A DNA stretch of 64,000 nucleotides, taken from the NCBI RefSeq assembly GCF_009914755.1, contig NC_060930.1. The stretch is one strand, 5' to 3'. Shown piece after piece: positions 44,118-59,800 of this stretch (position 1 is its first letter; every line of letters starts with the position of its first letter). The DNA comes from the human T2T-CHM13v2.0 reference genome, Homo sapiens. A model generated the notes under the pieces. It saw only the letters and a program-made list of their open reading frames with translations. It was not told the DNA's origin and ran no database searches. Made by a program: the position numbers and the translations under genes.

Positions 44118-46453
44118 CAGGAATACTTCATTTTATTTTGCCCTGCTTTATTATGCTTCACAGATATTACATGTTTTACAAATTGATGATTTGTGACAAC
44201 CCTGCACTGAACATGTCTATTGGTATCATATTTCAACGTGTGCCCATTTCCTATCTGTGTCACATTTTGGTAATTCTCAAAATATTTTAAGTTTATTATT
44301 ATTATTATCATTATTATATCTGTTCAGTGATCTTTCAAATACTATCGTACTGTAATTGTCTTGGCGTACCACGAACCATGCCTATAGAAGATGGCAAACT
44401 TAATTGATAAATGTCACACATTTTCTGACGGCCCCACCAACCAGCTGTTCTCCCATCTCTCTCCCTCTCCTTGAAACCTCCCTATTCTCTGAGACACAAC
44501 AATATTGAAATTAAGCCAATTAATAACACCACGATAATACTAAAGCTAGCACTGATTAAGCTCAGTGGAAAAGGAATGTTGAAAGTCAAGACAGGAGAAA
44601 AGCCAGGCCTCCTACACCAAACAGTCAGCTAAGTTGAGAATGTGAAGTGAAAGTTTTTGAAGGAAATTAGAAGTGCTATTTCAGTGAACTCATGAATGTC
44701 AAGAAAGCAAAACAGCCTTATTGCTGATATAGAGAAAGTTTTAGTGGTCTGGAAAGAAGATCAAACAAGCCACAACATTATCTAAAGCCAACGCCTAATC
44801 CAGAATTGGTACTAATTCTCTTTAATTCTGTGAAGGCAGGGAGAGGTGAAGAAGCTGCAGAAAAAGTTGGAAGCTAACAGAAGTTTATTAGGTTTAAGGA
44901 AAGAAGCTGTATTTACAACATAAAAATGTAAGATGAAGCAACAACTGTTGAGTTGAATTCAACTTAAGTCACCAGCTGCATTAGCAAGTGCTGAGGTAGG
45001 AGCTGTAGCAAGTTATCCAGAAGATTTAGCTGAGACAATTGATGAAGATGGCTGCATTAAACAACAGATTTTCAGTATAGGCAAATAGCCTTTTATTGGA
45101 AGATGCCATCTAGGACTTTCACAACTATAGAGGAAAAGTTGTTGAGTTCAATGCTTTGAAGGACAGGCTGACTCTCTTGTGAAGGGCTAATGGAGCTTGT
45201 GACTTACGTTGAATTCAATGCTCATTTACCATTCTGAAAAGTCCTAGGGCCCTTAAGAATTATGCTAAATCTACTCTGCTTTTGCCCTGTAAATGGAATA
45301 ACAAAGCCTGGATAATGGCACATCTGTTTACAGTGTGGTTTACTGAATATTTTAAGTCCACTATTGAGACCTACTGCTCAGAAGACTCCTTTCAGAATAT
45401 TGCTGCACATTGACATAGTCACCAAAGAGCTCTGTTGGAGATGTACAAGAAGGCTCATGTCGTTTTCCTGTCTGCTGACACAACATCCATTATGCAGCTC
45501 ATGAATCAAGGAATAATTTTGACTTTCAATGATTATTACTTAAGAAATATATTTTTTAAGGCTATAGCTGCCATAAATATTGACTCCTTTTATGGATATG
45601 GGTAATATAAATTGAAAATCTTCTGGTAATTCTAGATGTCATTAGGAACATAAATAATTTATGAAAGGAATTCAAAATATCAGCACTAACAGGCTTTTGT
45701 AAGAAGTTGATTCAAACTCTCATGGATGACTTTGAGGGGTTCAAGACTTCAGGGAGGAAGTAACTGTACATATGGTGGAAATAGCAAGAGGACAAGAGTA
45801 GTGGAGCCTGAAGACATGGTTGAATTGTTGCAATCTCATAATAAAACTTTAATGGATGAGAAGTTCTTTTCATACATGAGCAAAGAAAGTGTTTGTGATG
45901 CTGTGAACATTGTTGAAATGACAGAAGAGATTTAGAATATTTCATACAATTAGTTGATAAAACAGTGACAGGGTTTGAGAGAATCGACTTCAATTTTGAA
46001 TGAAATTGTGCTGTGAGTACAATGCTATCAAACAGTATTGCCTGCTGTGGAGAAATCTTTTGTAAAAATAAGAATCACTCAATGGGGCATACTTTATTGT
46101 TGTCCTATTTTAAGATATTGCTACAGTCATCCTAACCATCAGGAACCACCACTCTAATTAGTCAGCAGCCATCAATATTGAGGCAAGATCCTCCACCAGC
46201 AAAAAGATTATAACTTGCTCAAGACTCAGATAATGGTTAGCATTTTTAAACAATAAGGTATTTAAAAATTAAGGTATGTACATGGAGTTTTTAGACATAA
46301 TGCTATTGCACATTTAACAAACTGCAGTCTAGTGTACACATAACTTTTATATGCACTTGGAAACCAAAACAATTGTGTGACTTCCTTTATCACAATATTT
46401 ACTTTATTGTGGTTGTCTGGAACCAAACTTGCCATATTGCTGAGGTATGCCTG
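44118..46453 (+). mobile_element. Tigger1 (TcMar-Tigger DNA transposon), near full length, transposase decayed
   Basis: Ends cagg(a)atacttca ... tgaggtatgcctg are inverted repeats. TA TSD at 44116-17 and 46454-55. Internal Tigger1 motifs (gaagatcaaacaagccacaacatt, ctagggcccttaagaattatgctaaatctactctg). Length 2336 nt. Confidence 0.92.
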
Positions 46454-49264
46454 TATGTTCAGTTTTTATAAATGTTCCATGTGTGCCTTAGAATAAGGTA
46501 AATGTTTGTTTTTTTGCGATGTGAAGTTGAATATATCTCTATCTACCTATTGGTTTTCATCTTATTGATTCTGTCATTTAGTTTTTTGCCACCTATCTGG
46601 TAGGGAGTGTGAGTTAAAATCTCCTTTAAATAATGTGTTTCTGTCTGCTTGTGCTAGCATCATCTGTAATTCTGAATTGGTCAATATGTTACTTGTTGCA
46701 TAGAAATTGATAGCTCATATCTTCATTGTCCAATTTTGATTTTTGTTATAAAGTTCTTATTAAAAAATCTTAATTAATGCTTTCTGGTCTGGATTGTACC
46801 TTGTTATAATTATCTCAATCACTCCTTTATTATTATTATTATTTTTTTTTTGCAGTTTGCTGGTATGCTCTTACCCATCCCTTTATTTTCATCCTTTCTG
46901 AATCACTTGGTTTTAGATTTATCTCTTGCATACAATGTAGCACTGGCTTTCATTTTGTGAGACAACCTAAAATCTTATTTCTTAAATAAATATGTTAAGA
47001 CAACTTACATTGACTAATATGACTGATACTCTTTATCTCAACTACTATTTTATACTACATATATGGTTAATAAAATATATATTTTGTGCTACATTTATTT
47101 CAAATTTCTATGATATATATTTAGGCTCACACCATTTGTTTTCAGCTTTAATGATGTATTCTTTCATTCTCTCCTATTTTTTATTTAGGGGTTAATAATT
47201 TATTTGATTTCCCTTTTCTGTGTTCCTTTTTCTCTAATTTATTTAGTTTCATTATTTTCATTTGTCAGAACACATAACATTTACATTATTATACATTTGT
47301 ACAAAAGTTTTGCTTTATTTAGTTTTTCATCTTAGGTCTGCAATTAAAAATATTACATAACTATTGTCAGTTATTCTGTGCCATTTTTGCAGATATTTTC
47401 ATGTTGAATGAAGCTTCTATTACAGTAGATTTCTATAATATCCTGTGAGAATTTGCACACAACACTATTTTTATATAGACTTTAAATGTGAAGAACAGCT
47501 TACTTTGGTTCTCTGAATTTCTCGAAATTAATGTTCTGATATTGTCTTGCTTTGTATTTTGTTGTGAGACACTTATTTTAACCTCCTATTCTTTAATTAT
47601 AAACTTCTCGATCTTTTGTTAGGAGACCCTGAAGAGTTCTTTTCTTTATCTTTAAATTCTAATAGTTTTCCTAGTCTATATTCAAATTAACCATTCTGGG
47701 TCAACTTTTCTAAGTGCATGAACTCTTTCAAAATACAAATTTATGTCTTCCTTTTACTTCTGGAACATTTTCTTAGATTATCTTTTAAAATATTAGTTTT
47801 ATTCCATTGGTTTGGTTTTTTCGTCATGGACTCCAATTATATGTGTATTGGACAGTCTCATTTTATCTTTTATATTTCTCACCTTTTACCTCTTAATTTC
47901 ATTTTCATTCTCTTGGTCATTTTTATTCATTCTCTAAATGCCTCTTATTACTTTTATAGTCAAATATATTCTACCTTTGTTATGTTTTAATTTTGTCTTT
48001 ATTTCTGAGATTACTTTATCTTTTTCTTTTGCTCTTTCCTGAGGGTGCTTGTGTCTTGTTTACATCTTTATTTTTTTCATCTTTTTAGGTCTTAAATTTC
48101 TGGTTTGAAGGTTTTTTAAGTGTCTGAAAATGGTTTTAAGGCTATTTGTTTCTGATGAAGGTGTTAGACTACAAGTTTTCTATGCTTTAGATTGTGTTAG
48201 GGAGAAATTTGATTGACTAGAACAGTTTTATTCTTACTTCTATTTTGTTCTTATGGTAGTTTTGACTGATTTTCCTGACATTTCTATTGATTGTAATTTT
48301 TTGTTTACTTTACTTGACCGGTAATAAACATATACTTATGCATGAATAGGGAATATGGGTAATTTATTAGATTTATTAGCTCATGTGTATCCTCTTCAAT
48401 TAATATTGTGAAGTACCATTTATTTAAGAGGTTGCAATTGGTGGGGGTGGTTGTATGTCTTTTAATTTATGATTTTTTTGTTGTTCTTTCTTTGGGGTCT
48501 TAATTTCTACCACTTGTTTCTGTCTTTACTACTACCACAGAGCCATTAAGCAACACCTTCACTTCCCGTAACTGACATCTTTAATCATGTGCATCTTCAA
48601 GTCCCTTCCTTTTGATTCCCCAACAGCCAGTTCTCTAATCCACCTGGCAGAAGATCTATTTTCAATATTTACTTATCCAAGCTAACATTCTTTTTCTGGG
48701 GATCAATTGACCTCAGTTGCACCAATATAAGCCCCTGATTTCTTCTCTTTTCCATGCAGTTTCTTTACTCTTCATACAGGTTTGGATGCTACTTCTGCTT
48801 ATTTCATGTATTTTCCCTTTGGCCTGTAATTTGAAGACTTTTAACTGTTTAAGTTTCAGCTATACTATTGGCATGGATTATTTATTGGTATTATTTACTT
48901 TCCTTATTGATATCTCTCTCTCTCTCTCTGTCTCTTTTAGTACATATGGAGAGTTTCAGGCATAGGTATCTGTTGTTTTCTATAAAAACTCAGAAGCCAG
49001 CTCTTTTAATATTTCCAATGTAGCTTAAAATTTAAATTCATATGTAGAAAATTAATTTGATTGGTATTGTATTAACTTACACTGTGAATGCTAACATTCT
49101 TTATTACAAAAACCATAACTTAATTGTCTGCTCTAAAAATGCTCTTGGCCTATGGACTAAAAATTTCTTTCAAGTCATGTGATATGTAAGTTGTTCTAAT
49201 TTTTAAATTTAAAAGTCCTTTATGAGTATTTGTCACAGCTTTGCAAAGCAATATTTTATTATAT

Positions 49265-49480
49265 AATTAATAGTTTGTGCTCTGGAGTTAAAATACCTCA
49301 TTTTACAGTCTGGTTCCACTACTTGCAAGCTATATAATTGCAAAATTTACTTAATTCCTCTGTGCTTCAATATCCTTTCTGATAAATTTAGAAAAACTAT
49401 GTTATCTATGCATAGGATTATTAATGCCTATATAAAACTTAGAACACTTGGCATATAATAAATGTTTAATAAATGGTTCT
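49265..49480 (+). mobile_element. MIR
   Basis: ctctggagtta...ggttccactacttgcaagc...ttacttaattcctctgtgcttca...cttagaacacttggcatata. Confidence 0.7.
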
Positions 49481-50637
49481 TCATTATTTTCAAGCCAATA
49501 TTTTTGGTTAATAGGCCAAATATTTTAAGAGCTAATTTCCAGATAACATATTTAGAATTCTCCTACACTAACAATATTTCCTTGAAAATCTTGAGAAAAG
49601 GTAACAAAAATAAAAGTTATTGATTTTCTTGAATAGTTTTTGAGTTACTTTCCCTTAGAGTAGATGATCTCTGCAGTAGAAAGACAAGTTAGTAACAAGA
49701 ATTAATGTTCTAGAGTTATTGGTACAGATTATAAAAGTTCTTTCACAATTCTGATTCTTTCAATAACAAATCTTATTAAACATTTAGCTTTTGGAGTTGA
49801 ATGTTATATATATTCTTGTTGTTATCTTACTAGTTTTACTAAAATCCTTGAACATACGGGTAACTTCACTTTTAATTAGGTATATTTTTGTATCTTACCA
49901 TCATCAGTATAAATAATTAGACCACCCTTCATAATTTGAGAGTATTTTTTGTATGTTGTGAGAGCTTGGGTAGCTGTTTCCTCATGATTTTCTAACAGCT
50001 TCAAATAGAGGATTATTCTAAATTCAGTAATCTTTTGGTGGGTATGATCATGTGAACATGCACTTTTTTTTGAAACTGGACATTTACAATCTGAATCTGA
50101 ATAAAGGTAATCTTAGGCCTTTAACTCATGGCTCGTAACCGGATTACTGTTGATGGCCCTTCTAGATTTACTCTGATCTCTTTTACCAGGTCTGTTCACA
50201 TTTTGCCTCTGCTAGGGTCAGTGGGTGTTACCCATCTAGAGCTCATGTAATTGAATCTTTTACCCTGGCTGTTTCTTAAACAGGTTGTGGTATGAATTTG
50301 AACAGCAGATATTTATGTGAGCAGGCTTAAAACCATGCATTCTCAGGGGAGATTATTATTGATTACCTATTCTAAAACTCTGATTCCCTGTATGAATTTT
50401 GCTTCAAAGTCAGTACTGCTGTTTGAGATTAAGTTCACCCTTTTGTTATTTCAGTTTACTTTTAATTTTTTCCTGGTACCTAAGGATTTTCTCTACTTAT
50501 TTGTGAGCTTATTAATGCATTGCAGAATGGTATCGATGGTATTGGTTGTAATATGTCCAGCATGTGGATGCTTTGCAGTAGTATAATTTTATAGAATACT
50601 ACTGAAGTATAATGCTGACTTTCAGATTTTTACTTCT

Positions 50638-50946
<309 letters not shown>

Positions 50947-53900
50947 TAATTATGTTTTTTTACTTCCTGGTCTTTTGAAATATGTCTTCAAGAATTTTTT
51001 TTTTTTTTTGGTGGTACATGGAATTTTTTTCCTACTCTGAGAGTATTTAGCATGCTTGGGCACATAAAATATAATTTGGTACAATACTGAATTGTTGGAT
51101 CACCCCATTTTCATCTCAGAAATCTGCACTTGCTCCAGTTCCTTCTGTTGTTTAATGCTATGAAGGAGAAGTCTGAAGCCAGCCTGATTTTTTGTTTGTT
51201 TGTTTCATTGTAGTTCATTTTTTGTTGTTTTACCAGTAGTTTACAAGAGTTATAACATTATTATTCTTATAATTCAGTTATTACCAAGATGTGCATTTGT
51301 CATTATGCCTCTTAAATTCTATTCTAAGAAACACTTTTTTTTTTTTTGTGGTGAGAGATCGTATTTGAGGCGTAACAAGGAATAAAATGGGTTCTCTTGT
51401 TTAATTCATTGTGAAATTATTCTTTCTGTTCAAAAGGTATAACTTTGGAAGTAGTACAACAAATTTCCCAGTTTTTTAATTGTATAGTTTCTGGGTCTCT
51501 GAGTCAGGAGAGGTACTAGAAAAAAATGAATTTCGCATTTTTTTTCTAGGCTAATACCTATTCACAAGGTATAGCTTTGGCATTCTTAGTGTCAGCTTTA
51601 GTTTGGTTTTAGTTTCTATATTTTCTATTTCATATGTGTTCTTTAATCATACTTTATGAGAGGCTGATTTAAAAGGTACTGGGAAGAAAACATCTTAAAT
51701 TTTAGTCCACTTACATTTTAATCATATGCAATTTGTTATTAAGATTATGCTTAAATTTTCACTTGTTTAAGATTGCTTTATGCATATACACTGCATAATA
51801 GCTTTAAATATTTTAAACTCGTGTCTTTGTCACAATTGGCGACTTCTGTCTTGGTCACTGATCTTTTCTAAATTATTTGTTTTGTCATTTCAATTGAAAA
51901 ATGTGATGTTCCATCAATAATAAAATCCCAGTTGGATAAAAATATTTTTATATTATAAAAATTATCTGGAGTGTAGTTAGAACAAGAACTACAATTATAA
52001 TGGTAAAGTTTTGGCTGTTTTTGTGTATTCCCATTTTTTGGTGGAATAATTGGTAAAGACATGTCTCTAAAATGTGGCTAACCATTGTCATATAGTGAAA
52101 TTTAAAATGGTATCTAGAAAATAATTTAAAATGTTATTTTATCTTAAAAAGTAGATAATAATAAAGCATCAACTTAATTATACATTAGGAAATGAATCAA
52201 AGGCCAAATTTCCTTCATAAACAATAAGCTTTAATTTCAAGAACTACCAACAAAATGTTTTAACAAGTGAAGCAACATCAATATCAGTTAGATTATATAA
52301 ACATGTAAGTAAAAATTAGCCATTGAAAACTCTAACACTATCTAGCTTAAGTGTGGTTCTCTGAAATATCATGCTCTTCGAGTTTTCAAATATCAGGTTT
52401 AACAGTACCCTCTCTAGTAAAGATCTAATTGTGGATGTCAGGCTTTGACTGCCTAATGCGATGTATTTAAGATAAGGAATCAGGAAATGAAATGGGTTAT
52501 TTCCCTATACTCCTTTGCAGTCCATTTGGTTTCCTGTAATTGGGATCAAATTTTCCATCTGCCTTGGTCCTCTGTTAATTATTTCAGCTAAAACCATAAC
52601 ATTTCCCCTCTTTGAGTTTCTGCTACTATAACCCTTGATTAAATGTCAGGTTTTTGTTTTCATTGTTCTACTTTTTTTTCGTATTTACATTTTTGACAGC
52701 CTTCCCTCTCAACTGAATACTGTTATCACTTCTTTATTCTAATCCTCTCCCAAGCTGCCTATATTATCACCCCTGTGTTTGAGAACTCAGATTCTTACCC
52801 TTTAATCCACTAATTGGGTTTTTACCCCATCTCACCTTGCCTCCTCTTTATGCATCTGACCCTTCTTTCTACCATACAACCTGCCCACTAGGCTTGCGGT
52901 CATGCCAGATCTTCTTACCTTGTGCTCTCTTTCTTCACCCAGAGGACTTTATTAATATTTTCTCTTCCAACTCTCCCAAAAGTTTCTATGAATATGACAT
53001 CCTTTATAATATTTTTCTAGAATAAATAGCACATTTTCAAATAGATTTTTTTTAAGAAAATAAATTTATTTTTTGAAGTCAGTATTTTTTGATTAAGTAT
53101 ATGTATTGGTTTCAACAGCTGGGAAAATGTATGTAATTAACAAACATTTATTTCATCCTATTCATTTCCATTTATATTTTCCCTTTGGTGAGAAAAGGGT
53201 ATATGCTTATTACTCCTTCAATGAATGCTTTTCTCTTTAAATATGAATTTAGTCAAAATATTTATTGTAGGATATTAAAATTTATGGTTACTTTTTAGTG
53301 AATTTGAACATGTGGCAAAATCAAAATGTATGAAAATAAGCCAAGACAATATTCCTTGTAAAAGTTTACACAGATATAATGAGTGGTGATTTTGTCAAGT
53401 TTTTCTAATATTCTATTAATATAGTCTATGTAATTGGATTATATCAAAGAACATAGGACAAATTATAGAAGAGTATGTTAGTATGTATACAAGCTACGTT
53501 GTTCAGCCACAACTACAAATTTCAAATGAATCAAGAAGTTTGAAATCTGTATTATTTTCTATGGAAACTTAAAAAGAACATTTTCTTTTTTTTTTCAACA
53601 TGATCTTGCTTTTTGTCACATGCACAGAATGAAATAGGCCTGGTTTTTACTGTAAATTTATAATTTAGACAGGCTGATTTTATTAATTGAAGGTAATTTT
53701 CAAATATTTGACTTGATAAGAAGCATGTCACCAAGCAACTAACTCACCAGGAAGAATCATGATAGGTATTCAAGACTGACGTGGATTTCTAAGAATTATG
53801 AACTGTATCCACATAATAGTAAAATTCTGGCAAAGGGGAATAAAAGCATGGAGTATATTGTCTAAGGTGAAGGAGAAAGTGTCAGGATGAAGACCTATTA

Positions 53901-54783
53901 TCATATGACAGGCCAGGAAGTTGATGAGTAAATCAGCATAGAAGAAGATAAAACAAGACCCTACCAAATGCATTTAACATATTTCTGTTCCACGAATCAG
54001 ATGTTTAGGGTGACTGCATCAAGCAGGACTGGAGAAGTCAAATTGGCACAGATTGACAGAAAGGAGCAAACAAATAATTTTCTGTAAGACACTAAACCTT
54101 ACATTATAATCAGCAGACTGAAAGTATAATTTACCAGTAGCTTTAAGGAAAAACAAATATAAGGAACTAGATCATATTTTGCAGATGTCACTGTTACATA
54201 TAGTGCTTTCCACAAAAGATACTTAAAAGTTCAAGTCTAGCTAAAAACTATAGATTAGTAACTACCATATAAATAAACAAATTACATGTAATTTTTCTAT
54301 AATTTCATCAATATAAATTCCTTGACGTAAAGTTTTTTTTTAAACTCTAAACATTACCTTGTAAACTTGTTCTTCAAATGAATTTTCAAAGACTTTAGCT
54401 TCATGTATATTTGGAACATTTTTCCTTCCTTGTTTTATCTATACATTTTGATTGGACGCTCTGCAAGGACAGGGAAACCTTCTTTGGCCACAAAAGGATC
54501 TAGAGTTTAGCAGCATGGGCTTTCTATGTGTAGACTTGTTATACATAGAAATAGTATTTTAATGATCTACCAATAAATTAAAAGCAATGGGTCTGGAAAT
54601 TGCTGCTAGATTTTTGGATCTCTCTCTAAGTATTCTAAATCTCTGCTGTCCAAAATGGTAGGCTCTGGCACATGTGGATATTGAGCACTTGAAATGTGGT
54701 GTGTCCAAAGTGAAATGTGCTATAAATAAAAATATACACTGAACTTTGAAAACACAGTACAAAAAGAATGGAAAGTATCTCAT

Positions 54784-55221
54784 TGTCTGTTTGTTTGCAT
54801 TGCTATAAAGGAATGCCTGAAGCTGGGTAATTTACAAAGAAAAGAAGTTTATTTAGCTCAAACTACTATAGGCTGTATAGGAAGCATGATGTCCGCATCT
54901 GCTTCTAGTAAGGGCTTCAGGCTGCTTCCACTTATGGGCAGAAGGTTGAAGAGGAGCCCGTGTGTGCAGAGATCACATGGCAAGGGAGGAAGCAAGAGAG
55001 AAGGGAGGAAGGTACTGGGCTCCTTTTAACAACCAGCTGTCTCAGGAACTGATAGAGCAAAAACTCACTCTCCAAGCCCCCAGGGAAGGGATTAATATAT
55101 TCATAAGGAATTCACCCCATTACCCAAATATCTCTCATTAGGCACCACCTCCAACATTGAGGATTAAATTTCAAATTTCAACATGAGGTTTGGGAAACAA
55201 ACATCCAAACTATCTGTAGCA
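54784..55221 (-). mobile_element. MSTB/MSTB1 MaLR solo LTR
   Basis: tgctataaaggaatgcctgaagctgggtaattta...caaatttcaacatgagg. TG..CA ends and a perfect 5-bp TSD CTCAT at 54779-83 and 55222-26. Confidence 0.9.
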
Positions 55222-55321
55222 CTCATGAATCACTTTTTCTATTGATTATACCTTGAAATAATGTTTGAGATATAGTGGGTTAAATAAAATATATAATGAA
55301 AATTAATGTCATCCATTTCCT

Positions 55322-55454
55322 ATTTTTTTTCTTTTTAAGAGATAGGGTCTCACAGTGTTGCATAAGCTAGTCTCAAACTCCTGAGCTCAAGTGATCCTCC
55401 CATCTCAGCCTCCCTAATAGCTGGGACTACAGGCATGTACCACCCCTCCTGGCT
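55322..55454 (-). mobile_element. FLAM (Alu monomer)
   Basis: Single arm: gagatagggtctcac...ctcaagtgatcctccc...ctgggactacaggc. Confidence 0.85.
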
Positions 55455-58299
55455 TAATTTCACTAATTTTTTTTTTACTTGCTTGCACATGGCTACTAGA
55501 GAATTTTAAATTACATATCTGGCTCACATTATATGTCTATTGAAAAATGAAGTTCCAAATGGTGGCAGAGCTTTAAAAAATCATTTAAACTTAATATATT
55601 CTGGTTATCTCACATAGATTAGTTGAAGCTTTATTGTATCATCTTCATCTATATTTTGATACCTGCTCTGAATCATGTATTTATAAATTTTCTTTCTAAA
55701 GAATATTTCTTTAGATTAAAAATTATGTATAGGAATAGATCTAAGTGAAAGCCTTTTAGAATTATTGATACCAATGTATTGGTATTCCAGAGTACATTTC
55801 ATCATTTCTTTTAACCCATTCCCACATCAATTCTTTCTGTAGTTGTGAACGGTTAGATACATGAACTTTCTTATAGCTCTCTTCTCTTTCTTACCTTCTG
55901 AGGGTAAATCATGAACGCAATAGTCAGAAGGATTTGGTTAAAGGGAAGTTGGAAGGAAATCATCTAGAAGGTCTTGAACTGGATTTGCAAATGTGGATCA
56001 TGAGGCCAGGGTACTTGGGTAATGTAAGTAAACTTCTTAAAACAGTCATTTGTAAATAGAGGTAACTTTCCAGTGTCACAGAAGAAGAATTGAAGATCTA
56101 TTGCCTCTCAGAAACATTTATCTACTCACATTTTATTGCAAGGACACTTTGGTGTTCATATTTTTCTTATGAGCTGCCTTCCTTTGCTTTGCTTTCTAGA
56201 CAATTTGTACTTTTCCTTTGATTTCCTTTTCTATTCAAGGGTTAATAAGAAATGGGTTTTTAATTTCCAAGTCTGCAAGATTGTTTGCTTTCCAGAATAT
56301 AACTGAATTTTGCTTTTAAACCTGATTAGATGTTTTTGTTATGTAATAAGAAAATTTAACCCAGCATTTAGTGAAATGATTGACATACTTCATACTTTTT
56401 CATTTTGTATCTTCCTTATCCTTATACTTTTCCTTATTTTTGTTGCCTTTTTCAGTGAGATATTTATTCTTTGATCTGTTGTTGATTTATATGAACTACC
56501 ATAATTTACCATTGCTGCTATCACAGTAAAACTACTATTTGAAATATACTATATCAAATATTTCCTCCCCTATCAAAATGCTTTGTTTTCTTCTTTGATG
56601 TGCAATTTGGACCATAACTTTATTATGTATATTTTTTAAAGTGGGGTCCATATTATTCTCTTCTAAATTAAATTATTTTTTCAAGCTGTGAGGAAGTTTT
56701 TACAAATTTGTGTTTGGTCAAAATAGGGTTAAGTTACAGTAGCTGCTGTAATATATCTACAACTCTTTTGGTCTTTTTAATCTTTGTGTTTCTTTTACAA
56801 ACAGGTACTTTTCTTCTATGTGATATGCAAATCTCCCAGCTCCTAGGAGCAACTGGATAGGGATACGTGTTTCATCTTAAAACAAAGACCAAGAAAAAAT
56901 AATAATATGATAAAGTTATTCAAAGGATTTCAGAAACAGGTGTTCTAAGTCTACACTAATTGGATTTCAGTTAATTATTCCTTTTACTTTAGGGAATATA
57001 AGTAAGAAATGTAAAAAAAAAAAGTACCTGAAAAACTTCACTGACATGGTAATTGCTCTAATATTACTTAACTTGGGGGAAAAAAAATCCCACCTTAGTG
57101 TGACCGAAGTCTTAATTACCTTTTTCATTTCTAGATTTTAAGATACAAATTATAGGCCTTCCATACACTATATATTTCACAGGGCTATGGCCTACTCTAG
57201 TTTTTCATGTATATATAATTTTAATTTTCCATGACAATGCACAGAAACTATTTATATAATTTACAGATTAGATTTTTGACTAAACTCAGGAAGACTAAAA
57301 CAATTATCTCTTATGTTTAGGTCAAGAAGTCTGCTGCTATTTGATTTTAGATAAATTGTTCATTTTTCCTTAATCTGATTTTCCTCTTTGAAAACAGAAG
57401 AGTAGTTTTATATATCACTGTCACCATTAGCATTCCTTAAAAGTGTGGGTTGAACAATAAGGGTATCCTAAAAGTGAGAGTCGTGTTTGTGAAATAATAT
57501 GATTTTATAAAGTAAACTCCACAGAGATTTGGATTTTTGTTGTTGTTCACTGGTCTTTGCCTAAAGCATAGAACCATGTCCGGTGCATAGTTATTATGAA
57601 AGAAAATTTTCTGGATAAATTAATGAATGAATGATATATATTGAAGGAAGTCAGCAATAGATGCCTAGAATTAGGATACAGATTATCTGAAAGTCAATAT
57701 TTGATATAGTACATATTGGTAGAAGGGGGAAAAATAAATCCACTATTTATATAGTGTTCTAGCTTGTTTTTTATTTGTAAAATAAAATTAGAAATCATGG
57801 CATCATGGTAAAAAAAATCATCCATTGATTGGTGAAAATGGGGAATTCAGTGGTTAAGTGAAATAAGTAAGTTCATGAAGCACACAAAGTGTTTAATAAA
57901 CATTTGTTGAAAGTATATTTATAACACAATTTGTTATATTGCCAAATAAAAGTGGGATCCATATATTAGGCACATTTTTTCATCTGGTACAGTGCAGTGC
58001 TGATTCCACATTCAAGCTTCATACATCTAGTGAAGGTAGCATTTTTACCACTGCACTCATTTTTATATTTGAACTATCCTGCATTGACTTAAATAACCAA
58101 TTTCATTCTGGTCTTAGTTCTAATCATGACACATTTTTTCCAAAGGCTTGAATTTTGAGGACTGCTATTCTAGTCAGTTCCACTAAGCTATCAGGGGGAA
58201 AGATTAGCAGACAAACTAAACATATTATTATCATTAGAGTGTATGAAAAAAAGGTGTCTACTTTCTTGATTTTTCTTTATGCCATCAATAAAATAATTA

Positions 58300-59640
<1,341 letters not shown>

Positions 59641-59704
59641 TGAGGCAGTCTTTTTTAGTGTGAAGGATGGAAATATCCCCTTAACTCACTTTAATATTAT
59701 GAAT

Positions 59705-59752
59705 TATATATATATATATAAAATGTGAGTGTGTGTGTGTGTGCGTATGTGC

Positions 59753-59800
<48 letters not shown>

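Larger units (their letters stand above)
39110..48990 (-). mobile_element. Long ancient L1 (L1MC4/L1MC4a-like), split by Tigger1
   Basis: 3' end ctttgaaagatttcaagcct...aatgaacactcatatg at about 39120. Continuous decayed ORF2 (ccttgcattcctggaataaatacc) to 44110, resuming at 46456 (aatgttccatgtgtg). The 5' limit is uncertain. Confidence 0.65.
54641..55548 (+). mobile_element. MER33-like hAT-Charlie element split by MSTB and FLAM
   Basis: gctgtccaaaatggtag...ttgagcacttgaaatgtgg at the start, and tggctactagagaattttaaattacatat...ggctcacattata...ctattg at the end. Confidence 0.8.

Noticed and set aside
44560-46000. Tigger1 transposase as a domesticated TIGD-like gene
   Set aside because: No long ORF; the sequence has multiple stops, deletions and an internal insertion.
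54521-54551. Short hairpin tttctatgtgta...tatacatagaaa (also ataccaat-gt-attggtat near 55770)
   Set aside because: AT-rich stems of this size are expected by chance in 64 kb.
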